DNA of 32,000 nt from Pseudomonas aeruginosa (GTDB lineage: Bacteria; Pseudomonadota; Gammaproteobacteria; Pseudomonadales; Pseudomonadaceae): assembly GCF_001457615.1 (NCBI RefSeq), contig NZ_LN831024.1:4650001-4682000 (forward strand). The letters are read 5' to 3'. Both the position numbers and the translations under genes were made by a program. Shown one piece after another: positions 1-9,404 of the stretch (position 1 is the first letter of the stretch; every line of letters starts with the position of its first letter). The notes under the pieces were generated by a model that was not told where the DNA came from, ran no database searches, and was given only the letters and a program-made list of their open reading frames with translations.

Positions 1-633
1 GAGGACGGCGGCGCCATGTTCCCCACCGGCAACCTGGTGGACGATCTGGAGGTGCCGGGGGTCGGTACCTTCAAGGCGACCATGATCAACGCCGGGATTC
101 CCACGGTGTTCGTCAATGCCGAGGAGATCGGCTACCGCGGCACCGAGCTGCGCGAAGAGATCAACGGCGACCCGCAGCAACTGGCGCGCTTCGAACGGAT
201 CCGCGTCGCCGGCGCCCTGCGCATGGGCCTGATCAAGACCCCCGAGGAAGCCGCGACCCGCCAGCACACGCCGAAGATCGCCTTCGTCGCCCCGCCCCGC
301 GACTACCGCACCGCCAGCGGCAAGCTGGTGGCGGCCGGCGATATCGACCTGCTGGTCCGCGCGCTGTCCATGGGCAAGCTGCACCACGCGATGATGGGTA
401 CCGCGGCGGTGGCCATCGGCACCGCCGCAGCCATTCCCGGCACCCTGGTGAACCTCGCCGCCGGCGGCGGCGAACGCAGCGCGGTACGCTTCGGCCATCC
501 CTCCGGCACCCTGCGAGTGGGCGCCGAGGCCAGCCAGGCGAACGGCGAATGGACGGTGACCAAGGCGATCATGAGCCGCAGCGCGCGAATCCTCATGGAA
601 GGCTGGGTGCGCGTACCCGGCGACGCCTTCTGA
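1..633 (+). CDS. prpF: PrpF-like 2-methylaconitate cis-trans isomerase, C-terminal part (5' end outside window)
   Basis: Frame open from base 1 (EDGGAMFPTGNLVDDLEVPGVGTFKATMINAGIPTVFVNA...) to TGA at 633. PrpF/AcnD-accessory family sequence, directly upstream of prpD. Confidence 0.93.
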   Translation, partial: EDGGAMFPTGNLVDDLEVPGVGTFKATMINAGIPTVFVNAEEIGYRGTELREEINGDPQQLARFERIRVAGALRMGLIKTPEEAATRQHTPKIAFVAPPRDYRTASGKLVAAGDIDLLVRALSMGKLHHAMMGTAAVAIGTAAAIPGTLVNLAAGGGERSAVRFGHPSGTLRVGAEASQANGEWTVTKAIMSRSARILMEGWVRVPGDAF

Positions 634-648
634 ACCGACCTATCCTTG

Positions 649-680
649 CCCCGGCCTTCCGCCACCGCGAAAGGCCGGGG
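649..680. terminator. GC-rich hairpin in the prpF-prpD gap (terminator- or attenuator-like, weak T-tract)
   Basis: Perfect 10-bp inverted repeat CCCCGGCCTT (649-658) / AAGGCCGGGG (671-680), starting 15 nt after the prpF stop. Confidence 0.5.
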
Positions 681-767
681 CGTCTTGCAGCCACGACAAG
701 AAAAACCATCCCCGAACCAGCCTGACCCGAGAGGAAACCCACCACTTACGAACCACTGGAGTACGCG

Positions 768-2252
768 ATGAGTGCCAACGTCGATCTCAACCAACGTCCC
801 GACTACGACGCCGTCCTGCAGGACATCGCCGACTACGTGCTGGACTACCGCATCGATTCCACGGAGGCCCTGGACACCGCCCGCAACTGCCTGATGGATA
901 CCCTCGGCTGCGGCCTGCTGGCGCTGCGCTTCCCGGAATGCACCAAGCACCTCGGCCCGCTGGTCGAGGGCACCCTGGTCCCGCACGGCGCGCGGGTGCC
1001 GGGCACCTCCTTCCGGCTCGACCCGGTCAAGGCCGCCTGGGACATCGGCTGCATCGTCCGCTGGCTGGACTACAACGACACCTGGCTGGCCGCCGAGTGG
1101 GGCCATCCCTCGGACAACCTCGGCGGCATCCTCGCCGTCGCCGACCACCTCTCGCAGAAACGCCTGGCCAACGGCGAAGCGCCGCTGAGCATGCGCCAGG
1201 TACTGGAAGCGATGATCATGGCCCACGAGATCCAGGGCGTGATCGCCCTGGAGAACTCGTTCAATCGCGTCGGCCTCGACCATGTGCTGCTGGTCAAGGT
1301 CGCGTCCACCGCCGTCTGCGCCAAGCTGATGGGGGCCGACCGCGAGCAACTGCTGGCCGCCCTCTCCCACGCCTTCGTCGACGGCCAGGCCCTGCGCACC
1401 TACCGTCACGCACCGAACGCCGGCTCGCGCAAGTCCTGGGCCGCTGGCGACGCGACGAGCCGCGGCGTGCGCCTGGCGGACATCGCCTTGCGCGGCGAGA
1501 TGGGCATCCCCGGCGTGCTCAGCGCGCCGCAATGGGGTTTCTACGATGTCCTGTTCAGCCACACCAGCAAGGACCTGGCGACCAAGCCCGAGGACAAGCG
1601 GCGCTTCAGCTTCCCCCAGGGCTACGGCAGCTACGTGATGGAAAACGTGCTGTTCAAGATCAGCTTCCCCGCCGAATTCCACGCGCAGACCGCCGCCGAG
1701 GCCGCCGTGCGCCTGCATCCGCTGGTGAAGGACCGCCTGCAACGGATCAGCCGCATCGTCATCACCACCCACGAGTCGGCGATCCGCATCATTTCCAAGG
1801 TCGGCCCGCTGGCCAACCCCGCAGACCGCGACCATTGCCTGCAGTACATGACCGCCGTGCCGCTGATCTTCGGCGACCTGGTGGCCGAGCACTACGAGGA
1901 CGCCTTCCACGCCGCCCACCCGCTGATCGACCGCTTGCGCGAGAAAATGGAGATCGTCGAGGAGCCGCGCTACAGCCGTGAATACCTGGAGGCGGACAAG
2001 CGCTCCATCGCCAACGCCGTGGAAGTGTTCTTCGACGACGGCAGCAGCACCGGCCAGGTCGCCGTGGAGTACCCGCTCGGCCATCGCCGCCGGCGCGCCG
2101 AAGGCATTCCGCTGCTGCAGGAGAAGTTCAAGGCCAACCTAGCCACACGCTTCCCGCCGCAGCGCTGCCAGAGGATCTTCGACCTGTGCAGCCACCAGGC
2201 ATCGCTGGAAGCCACGCCGGTGAACCGCTTCATGGACCTCCTGGCGATCTGA
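768..2252 (+). CDS. prpD: 2-methylcitrate dehydratase PrpD (494 aa)
   Basis: Full-length ORF with MmgE/PrpD family sequence ([30 protein letters not shown]..., [25 protein letters not shown]). Adjacent to prpF. Confidence 0.97.
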   Translation: MSANVDLNQRPDYDAVLQDIADYVLDYRIDSTEALDTARNCLMDTLGCGLLALRFPECTKHLGPLVEGTLVPHGARVPGTSFRLDPVKAAWDIGCIVRWLDYNDTWLAAEWGHPSDNLGGILAVADHLSQKRLANGEAPLSMRQVLEAMIMAHEIQGVIALENSFNRVGLDHVLLVKVASTAVCAKLMGADREQLLAALSHAFVDGQALRTYRHAPNAGSRKSWAAGDATSRGVRLADIALRGEMGIPGVLSAPQWGFYDVLFSHTSKDLATKPEDKRRFSFPQGYGSYVMENVLFKISFPAEFHAQTAAEAAVRLHPLVKDRLQRISRIVITTHESAIRIISKVGPLANPADRDHCLQYMTAVPLIFGDLVAEHYEDAFHAAHPLIDRLREKMEIVEEPRYSREYLEADKRSIANAVEVFFDDGSSTGQVAVEYPLGHRRRRAEGIPLLQEKFKANLATRFPPQRCQRIFDLCSHQASLEATPVNRFMDLLAI

Positions 2253-3018
2253 GCGCGCCCGCCTGGAAGGCGCTGGGCGGCTGGCCGAGGACCCGGCGGA
2301 ACATGGTCGAGAAGGCTGCCGGGCTCTGGTAGCCGCAGTCCAGGGCGATGGCGGTGACCGTTTCGCCGCCGGCCAGCCGCGCCAGTGCCTGCACCACGCA
2401 GGCGCGTTGCTTCCAGGCACCGAAGCTGAGGCCGGTGTAGCGACGGAAGGTGCGGTTGAAACTGCGCAGGCTGGTATGCAGCAACCCGGCCCAGCGTTCG
2501 GCGCTGGCGCGGATGTCGGGCTCGACGAGGAACGCCTCGCAGAGCGCCAGCCAGCGCGGCTCGGGCGGCAAGGGCACGTGCAGCGGCAGCGTCTCGGCCG
2601 CCGCCAGCTCATGGAGCAACAGCGTCGCCAACGCGCCGTCGCGACCTTCGGTGTCGTATTCCAGGGGCATGTCCACCGCCGCCAGCAACAGTTGCCGCAG
2701 CAGCGGCGACACCGCCAGCACCTGGCAGTGCGCCGGCATCGCCATGGCGCTGCCGGGCTCGATGTACAGGCTGCGGGTGCTCACCCCGAGCATTCGCACC
2801 TCGTGCTCGACGCCCGGCGGAATCCACACTGCGCGCTGTGGCGGCACCACCCAGCCGGCGTCGCCGGTACGCACCTGCATCACCCCGCTGGCACCGTACA
2901 GCAGTTGCGCGCGACGATGCCGATGGCGCGGCAGCAGGTAGCCGTCGGGATAGTCGGTACCCATGGCCACCACGGCCCGGGGCGTGGCGTCGTACTGCTC
3001 GATGGAAGCGTTGCGCAT
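2230..3018 (-). CDS. AraC-family transcriptional regulator with N-terminal cupin-like domain (262 aa)
   Basis: C-terminal AraC HTH ([79 protein letters not shown]). His-rich cupin-like N-terminus. Confidence 0.92.
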   Translation of the reverse strand: MRNASIEQYDATPRAVVAMGTDYPDGYLLPRHRHRRAQLLYGASGVMQVRTGDAGWVVPPQRAVWIPPGVEHEVRMLGVSTRSLYIEPGSAMAMPAHCQVLAVSPLLRQLLLAAVDMPLEYDTEGRDGALATLLLHELAAAETLPLHVPLPPEPRWLALCEAFLVEPDIRASAERWAGLLHTSLRSFNRTFRRYTGLSFGAWKQRACVVQALARLAGGETVTAIALDCGYQSPAAFSTMFRRVLGQPPSAFQAGALRSPGGP

Positions 3019-3124
3019 GGTCGAAGCACCTGGCCGAAACGCGAATAGTATTGGCCAACCTCGCGAAGCGGGCCAGCCCCGGGACGCCTAAGCTGGCCTT
3101 CCGCTCTCGCTCCGGAAACCCGCC

Positions 3125-3940
3125 ATGTTCTATCTCCTGCTCTTTCTCTGCGGCTGCCTCACCGGGGTCAGCGCCGTGTTGTTCGGCTTTGGCGGCGGCT
3201 TCGTGGTGGTGCCGCTGCTCTATCACCTGCTGCAACTCGGTCGCGCCGCCGACGACCCGCTGGCCCAGGCGGCCATGCAGGTCGCGGTGGCCACCTCGAC
3301 CTGCGTGATGATCGTCAACGCCGCCCTCGCCACCTATCGCCACCGGCGCGCCGGCAGCCTGCTGCGCGCCTATGTCTGGCCGCTGGGCGCGTACATCGGT
3401 GTCGGCGCGGTGCTTGGCGCGGCGCTGGTCGGCCTGGCCAGCGGCGACTTCATTCGCCTGGCCTTCGTCGCCTACCTCGCCATCACCATCCTCGACTGCC
3501 TGTTGCGTCGCGGCTTCCTCAGCCGCGCCGAGGAGCGCCAGGCGCGGCCGCTGGGCGTCGGCGAGACGCGCCTGGGCGGAACGCTGATCGGTGCGATCGC
3601 CACCTTCCTCGGCGTCGGAGGCAGCGTGATGACCGTACCACTGCTGCGCCGCTGCGGGCTGAGCATGACCCAGGCGACCTCCATGGCCAACCCGCTGAGC
3701 CTGCCGGTGGCTCTTGGCGGCACCCTTACCTACCTGGTCCTGGCCGGCTACCAGGAGCAAGGCCTGGGCCGAGGCTTCGTCGGCTACATCGACCTGCTGG
3801 CCTTCGCCACCCTGGCCGGCGGCGGCTGGCTCGGCATCCGCCTGGCGACCCCGCTGATCGGGCGGATTCCCGATGCGCTGCATGCACGGGTGTACGTCGG
3901 CCTGCTGGCGGCGGTGATGCTGAGCATGCTGGCGGGCTGA
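3125..3940 (+). CDS. TauE/SafE (TSUP) family membrane permease (271 aa)
   Basis: Multiple hydrophobic segments. TSUP-like N-terminal repeat GVSAVLFGFGGGFVVVPLLYHLL and second-half repeat TFLGVGGSVMTVPLLRRCG. Confidence 0.88.
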   Translation: MFYLLLFLCGCLTGVSAVLFGFGGGFVVVPLLYHLLQLGRAADDPLAQAAMQVAVATSTCVMIVNAALATYRHRRAGSLLRAYVWPLGAYIGVGAVLGAALVGLASGDFIRLAFVAYLAITILDCLLRRGFLSRAEERQARPLGVGETRLGGTLIGAIATFLGVGGSVMTVPLLRRCGLSMTQATSMANPLSLPVALGGTLTYLVLAGYQEQGLGRGFVGYIDLLAFATLAGGGWLGIRLATPLIGRIPDALHARVYVGLLAAVMLSMLAG

Positions 3941-3951
3941 TGCCCCAGCCT

Positions 3952-3986
3952 GGGTAGGGCGAATAACGCCAACGGCGTTATTCGCC
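3952..3986. repeat. REP-like palindromic intergenic element
   Basis: Perfect 13-bp inverted repeat GGCGAATAACGCC-AAC-GGCGTTATTCGCC (3958-3986), preceded by GGGTA. Related sequences near 12655 and 20391. Confidence 0.7.
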
Positions 3987-4016
3987 GGATGCACCGGACC
4001 GGATATCGGCGCAACG

Positions 4017-4050
4017 AAAAAAGGGCCTCGTCCGAGGCCCCTTTTCTTTT
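4017..4050. terminator. Bidirectional rho-independent terminator
   Basis: A-run, GGGCCTCG (4023-4030), TC, CGAGGCCC (4033-4040), then CTTTTCTTTT. Lies between convergent genes. Confidence 0.85.
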
Positions 4051-4065
4051 CCGGCGCTACACCGC

Positions 4066-5481
4066 TCAGGACGCCGCGCGGCTTACCGAGCCGGTGCCGG
4101 AAGGCTCCTTCGGCGCCAGGTTGAAGGCGTAGTACAGGACGGTCAGCAGCAGGATGAACGGCGGGCCGATGTAGAGGGCGATGCGGGTGTCCTCGAAGAA
4201 GGCCATCAACACCACCACCATCACCAGGAACGCCAGCGCCAGGTAGGAACTGACCGGGTACAGCCACATGCGGTATTGCAGCTTGTCGCACTCGGCCGGG
4301 CTGAGCGTCTTGCGGAAGCGCAACTGGGCCAGCAGGATCATCGCCCAGGTCCAGATCGCGCCGAAGGTGGCGATGGAAGTCACCCAGACGAATACCTTCT
4401 CCGGCACCAGGTAGTTCAGCAACACGCCCAGCAGCAGCGCCAGGATCGACAGGATCAGCGCCCGGCGCGGTACGCCGCTGCGCGAGGCCTTGCCGAAGAA
4501 GGCCGGGGCCTGGCGATGCTGGGCCAGGCTGTAGAGCATGCGCCCGGTACTGAAGATGCCGCCATTGCAGGACGACAGTGCGGCGGTGATCACCACGAAG
4601 TTGATGATCCCGGCGGCGGTCTTGATGCCCATGCGCTCGAAGGTCATCACGAAGGGGCTGCCCTGGGTGCCGATCTCGTTCCACGGATAGAGCGACATGA
4701 TCACGAACAGCGAGCCGACATAGAACAGCAGGATGCGCCAGAACACCGAGTTGATCGCGCTGGGAATGGTCTTGGTCGGGTTACGCGCTTCGCCGGCGGT
4801 GAGGCCGATCATTTCCACCCCGAGGTAGGCGAACATCACCATCTGCAGCGACATCAGCACGCCCTGGATGCCATTGGGCATGAAGCCGCCGTGGGCCCAG
4901 AGGTTGGAGATGCCGGTGGCGATGCCGTCGTTGCCGAAGCCGAAGGCGATCATGCCGATGCCGACCACCACCATCGCCAGGATGGTGACGATCTTGATCA
5001 GGGCGAACCAGAACTCGAACTCGCCGAAGGCGCGCACCGCGATGAGGTTGATCGTGCCCATGCTCGCCAGGGCCGCCAGGGCCCAGATCCAGCGCGGCAC
5101 GTCGGGGAACCAGATACCCATGTAGACGGCGACGGCGGTGATTTCGGCGACACAGGTCACCAGCCAGAGGAACCAGTAGTTCCAGCCGGTGATGAAGCCC
5201 GCCAGCGGGCCCAGGTAGTCCTTGGCGTACTGGCTGAAGGAACCGGCCACCGGATTGTGTACCGCCATCTCGCCGAGGGCGCGCATGATCACCAGGATCG
5301 CCAGGCCGCCGAGGATGTAGGAGATCATGATGGCCGGGCCGGCCATCTGGATGGCCTTCGCCGAGCCCAGGAACAGGCCGACGCCGATACAGGCGCCGAG
5401 CGCCATCAGGCGGATGTGTCGCTCACCGAGCTCGCGCTTCAGGGAGCCGTCTTGAACCTTCTGTTCGCCGACAGACGACAT
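4066..5481 (-). CDS. AAT-family amino-acid permease, ProY-like (471 aa)
   Basis: LKRELGERHIRLMALGACIGVGLFLGSAKAIQMAGPAIMISYILGGLAILVIMRALGEMAVHNP and later segments strongly resemble E. coli ProY/AAT permeases. GAGG-type RBS upstream. Confidence 0.93.
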   Translation of the reverse strand: MSSVGEQKVQDGSLKRELGERHIRLMALGACIGVGLFLGSAKAIQMAGPAIMISYILGGLAILVIMRALGEMAVHNPVAGSFSQYAKDYLGPLAGFITGWNYWFLWLVTCVAEITAVAVYMGIWFPDVPRWIWALAALASMGTINLIAVRAFGEFEFWFALIKIVTILAMVVVGIGMIAFGFGNDGIATGISNLWAHGGFMPNGIQGVLMSLQMVMFAYLGVEMIGLTAGEARNPTKTIPSAINSVFWRILLFYVGSLFVIMSLYPWNEIGTQGSPFVMTFERMGIKTAAGIINFVVITAALSSCNGGIFSTGRMLYSLAQHRQAPAFFGKASRSGVPRRALILSILALLLGVLLNYLVPEKVFVWVTSIATFGAIWTWAMILLAQLRFRKTLSPAECDKLQYRMWLYPVSSYLALAFLVMVVVLMAFFEDTRIALYIGPPFILLLTVLYYAFNLAPKEPSGTGSVSRAAS

Positions 5482-5911
5482 GGGAACAACCTCATTTTGT
5501 TATTGAGATAGATCAGTTGCGGACTCGCTCGTGCGGTCGGGGTAGGGAAGCGGATTTCACCAACGGCGCGGCCCCTGCGCGATACCGCACAGCGGGCGAC
5601 GACGGGGCGTCATAGGTTCCAGGACTGCACACCGGAAGAGGCTGTCCGCTCTCGTGGAGCGAACGTGGGCATTGCGGGAGTCGACTACAACTGAGGTCGG
5701 GCCGGAGTTTTACACAAGATTTCAAGGCCGTCATGCCCCGCGATGGGGCAACTGGACCAAAGGTGTAAGGACCGCCAACGCTGAATGGATTCACTCCCTG
5801 GGCCGCGCGCGCGGCAGCAGGGACAGCGGCCGGCCGAGCCGGGAGTGGACGGTTTCGCGCTGGCCTTGCAGGCGCCAGCTGCGCTCGAGCAGCCGGCTGC
5901 GCTGCATGGGG

Positions 5912-6115
5912 TCAGCGCAGGGGTTCGCGGCAGCGGAGATCGCGGTAGGGGCCGTCGAGCCTGACCCAGCCGTCTCCCGGCGAGGTCTGCATGCAGGCGA
6001 CCTGGCCGTCGAGCTTGCTCTGCCATTTGTAGAAGGGCGCCGGCGCGGCCTGCGCCGCGAGGCCGGAGAAACCCGCCAGGACGACACCGACGAGAAGGGG
6101 AAAAAGTGTGCGCAT
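5912..6115 (-). CDS. Small putative secreted/periplasmic protein (67 aa, start MRTLFPLLVG)
   Basis: Signal-peptide-like N-terminus MRTLFPLLVGVVLAGFSGLAAQA followed by a short mature region with two cysteines. In a gap otherwise lacking genes. Confidence 0.55.
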   Translation of the reverse strand: MRTLFPLLVGVVLAGFSGLAAQAAPAPFYKWQSKLDGQVACMQTSPGDGWVRLDGPYRDLRCREPLR

Positions 6116-6304
6116 CGACATTCCGGACCCGAAACACAAGGAACTCAGACAGACACTCTAACCCCTGCGCCACGCCGCTCCAATCCTCGGTCGTCCGATT
6201 GCCGCCGGGGAGATTTTCCTTGCACGAATGACAGCAGGGTTGCAGCGGGACAACTAGACTTCCCCCAGGTGCGGATGAATTGCGCAGCTACAGGCGGTGC
6301 GAGC

Positions 6305-9300
6305 ATGGGTGCATCAGAACGATCCACGAACGACCCTTCCGAGCTGCAACCCTGCAGTCTCCCTGCCTCCGCTTCTCCTCGAAAAAGCCGTCTCCGCCAA
6401 CGCCTGATGCTGATCGGCTTCGCCTTGCCGATCCTCGCCGCGGTGGGCATCGTGGTACTTCACGAAGCGCACACCTCGCGGCTGCAGGCACGCGAGCTGG
6501 CACGCTATGCCGCGACCCTGGACTACGAGGTGCGCCAGGGTCCCAGCGAGGCCATCCTGTTCCCGGCGGACGGCCCCTTCGACCGCCGCCTCGGCTATCA
6601 GTTGCTGCCTTCGTTCATGCAGCGCCTGTACGACCGCGACTACGCCATCACCCGCCAGGCGCACTTCTCCCCGGCACTGATGCGCTACGCCGAACACCGG
6701 CTGTTCCCGCCCTACGCGGAAAAGGCCCAGGCCGGGCTGGACATCGCCGATTGCCGCGGCGTGCCGATCTACGACTTCCGCTATCCGCAACGGCGCTACG
6801 CGAACTTCGCCAGCCTGCCGCCGCTGGTGGTGCAGAGCCTGCTGTTCATCGAGAACCGCGACCTGCTCGATCACGAACGCCCCTACCTCAACCCGGCGGT
6901 GGACTGGGGTCGCTTCACCCAGGCGGCGCTGTCGCAGGTCGGCAAGATGCTCGGCTTCAGCGCGCACTCCTCCGGCGGCAGCACCCTGGCGACCCAGATC
7001 GAGAAATACCGCCACTCTGCCGAAGGGCGCACCGGCAGCATCGGCGACAAGCTGCGGCAGATGCTCTCGGCCAGCGTACGCAGCTATCGCGAAGGCCCGG
7101 CCAACTTCGCCGCGCGCCAGGACATCGTGCTCACCTACCTCAACTCGGTGCCGCTGTCGGCGGCGCCGGGCTACGGCGAGGTCACCGGCCTGGCCGATGG
7201 CCTGTGGGTCTGGTACGGCGCCGACTACCGGCAGGTCGGCGAGGCACTCGACGGCAAGGCCGGACTCGCCGCCCAGGGCCTGGCCCTGCGCCAGGTGCTG
7301 GCGCTGATGATCGCCCACCGCCGGCCTTCCTTCTATCTGGCGCCGCGCGGCCGCGACGAGCTGGACCGGATGACCGACAGCCACCTGCGAGTCCTGACCC
7401 AGGCCGGCGTCATCGAGGCGCCGTTACGCGATGCGGCGCTGGCGCAGAAGCTGGCGTTCCGCGACCCACGCAGCCAGCCGACGGTGCAACCGCTGCCGAC
7501 CAACAAGGGCGTGACCCTGGCTCGCACCCGCCTGGCCGGGATGCTCGGCGTGCCACTGTACGACCTCGACCGTCTCGACCTGCGGGCCAATACCACCCTC
7601 CAGCACGAGTTGCAGGAAAGCGTCACCGCCTACTTGCAGAAACTCGCCGACCCGGACTACGCCGCCCAGCTCGGGCTGATCGGCGAACGCCTGCTGACCC
7701 CGACCTCGACCCGCTCGGTACGCTACAGCTTCACCCTGTTCGAACGTACGCCGAGCGGCAACCAGGTGCGGGTGCAGACCGACAACACCGACCAGCCCTT
7801 CGACATCAACGAAGGCAGCAAGCTGGAGTTGGGCTCCACCGCCAAGCTACGGGTGCTGGCCAGCTACCTGGAGACCGTCGCGCAGATCCACCGCGACTAT
7901 GGCGGCATGAGCGTCGCCGAGCTGCGCAAGGTGGAAGTGGAGCCGCTCGATTTCATCCTCCGCTGGGGCATCGACTACCTGGTCGCCAGCCGCGACCGCG
8001 ATCTTTCCGCGATGCTCCAGGCGGCCATGGAACGGCGCTATTCGGCCAGCCCCTACGAGAGCTTCTTCACCGGCGGCGGGCTGCACACCTTCAACAACTT
8101 CCGCAAGGAAGACAACGGCCGCCGGCCGATGCTGCTGGAAGCCCTGCGCGAATCGATCAACCTGCCCTTCGTGCGCCTGTTGCGCGACCTGATCCGCCAC
8201 GATATCTACCAGAACGCCGGGAGCAAGGTGCAGTTGCTGGCCGACGACAAGGACCCGCGCCGCGCCGACTACCTCGACCGTTTCGTCGACAAGGAAAGCC
8301 AGGTCTACCTGCGCCGCTTCTGGGTCAAGTACCGCGACAAGGACGCCAACCAGCGCCTGGAGACCTTCCTCGACGGCCTGCGTCCCTGGCCGGTGCGGCT
8401 GGCCGCGATCCACCGCTACCTGCAGCCACAGGCCGACCTGGCGAGCTTCAGCGCCTTCCTCCGCGAACGCCTGCCCCGCGGCAGCCTGACCGACAAGCGC
8501 GCCGCCGAGCTGTACGAGCGCTACGGCCCGGGCAAGTTCAACCTCAACGACCAGGGCTACGTCGCCCGCGTGCACCCGCTGGAGCTATGGCTGCTCGGCT
8601 ATCTGCAGAAGCAGCCGCAGGCGACCTTCGGCGAGGCGGTGGCGGCCAGCGGCGCCGAGCGCAAGGAGGTCTACGGCTGGCTGTTCAAGTCGCGGCACAA
8701 GAACGCCCGCGACAAGCGCATCCGCATCCTGCTGGAGGTGGAGGCCTTCCTCGACCTGCACCAGCAATGGAAGAAACTCGGCTATCCCTTCGATCACCTG
8801 GTGCCCTCCTACGCCACCGCCCTGGGCAGCTCCGGCGACCGCCCGGCGGCGCTGGCCGAACTGATGGGGATCATCGTCAACGATGGCGTGCGCATGCCGA
8901 CCCTGCGCCTGGAGCACCTCGACTTCGCCCTGGGTACGCCCTACGAGACGCGCTTCGCCCCGGAAGCCACCCTCGGCCAGCGGGTGATGACCTCGGAGGT
9001 CGCCACGACCCTGCGCAACGCGCTGTCCCAGGTGGTCGACGCCGGCACCGCGCGGCGCCTGCAAGGCACCTTCAGCCGTCCGGACGGCGCGCCACTGGTG
9101 ATGGGCGGCAAGACCGGCACCGGCGACAACCGCCTGCAGACCTTCAGCGCCGGCGGCCACGTGCGCAGTTCGAAGGCACTGAACCGCACCGCCACTTTCG
9201 TCTTCTACATCGGCCCGCGGCACTTCGGTACCCTCACCGCCTACGTCGACGGCAGCGAGTCGAGCCAGTTCAAGTTCACCTCGGCCCTGCCAGTGCAGGT

Positions 9301-9400
9301 ACTCAAGGGCATGGCACCGCTCCTCAGGGACTACCTCGACCCACGCACCGCCACCCGCTGCCAGGTACCGTTGTCGCCGCAACAGATCGGCCGCCTGTAG
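6305..9400 (+). CDS. Large membrane-anchored peptidoglycan glycosyltransferase (GT51)/transpeptidase-like protein, divergent class A PBP-like (1031 aa from MGASERS)
   Basis: N-terminal TM segment (LMLIGFALPILAAVGIVVL), GT51-like IENRDLLDHE and GGSTLATQIEK, then STAK, SIN and KTG in class A PBP order. The ORF track extends to 5654, but upstream codons look non-coding. Confidence 0.88.
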   Translation: MGASERSTNDPSELQPCSLPASASPRKSRLRQRLMLIGFALPILAAVGIVVLHEAHTSRLQARELARYAATLDYEVRQGPSEAILFPADGPFDRRLGYQLLPSFMQRLYDRDYAITRQAHFSPALMRYAEHRLFPPYAEKAQAGLDIADCRGVPIYDFRYPQRRYANFASLPPLVVQSLLFIENRDLLDHERPYLNPAVDWGRFTQAALSQVGKMLGFSAHSSGGSTLATQIEKYRHSAEGRTGSIGDKLRQMLSASVRSYREGPANFAARQDIVLTYLNSVPLSAAPGYGEVTGLADGLWVWYGADYRQVGEALDGKAGLAAQGLALRQVLALMIAHRRPSFYLAPRGRDELDRMTDSHLRVLTQAGVIEAPLRDAALAQKLAFRDPRSQPTVQPLPTNKGVTLARTRLAGMLGVPLYDLDRLDLRANTTLQHELQESVTAYLQKLADPDYAAQLGLIGERLLTPTSTRSVRYSFTLFERTPSGNQVRVQTDNTDQPFDINEGSKLELGSTAKLRVLASYLETVAQIHRDYGGMSVAELRKVEVEPLDFILRWGIDYLVASRDRDLSAMLQAAMERRYSASPYESFFTGGGLHTFNNFRKEDNGRRPMLLEALRESINLPFVRLLRDLIRHDIYQNAGSKVQLLADDKDPRRADYLDRFVDKESQVYLRRFWVKYRDKDANQRLETFLDGLRPWPVRLAAIHRYLQPQADLASFSAFLRERLPRGSLTDKRAAELYERYGPGKFNLNDQGYVARVHPLELWLLGYLQKQPQATFGEAVAASGAERKEVYGWLFKSRHKNARDKRIRILLEVEAFLDLHQQWKKLGYPFDHLVPSYATALGSSGDRPAALAELMGIIVNDGVRMPTLRLEHLDFALGTPYETRFAPEATLGQRVMTSEVATTLRNALSQVVDAGTARRLQGTFSRPDGAPLVMGGKTGTGDNRLQTFSAGGHVRSSKALNRTATFVFYIGPRHFGTLTAYVDGSESSQFKFTSALPVQVLKGMAPLLRDYLDPRTATRCQVPLSPQQIGRL

Positions 9401-9404
9401 CGGT

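Noticed and set aside
2609-4684. 691-aa minus-strand ORF crossing several genes.
   Set aside because: Spans the convergent AraC, TSUP and AAT permease genes; composition is typical of a shadow frame and it has no family motifs.
5654-6304. Upstream extension of the PBP-like ORF given in the track.
   Set aside because: Translation is low-complexity and Arg/Ser-rich, and it overlaps the small signal-peptide ORF on the other strand. A later start near 6305 just before the TM segment is more sensible.
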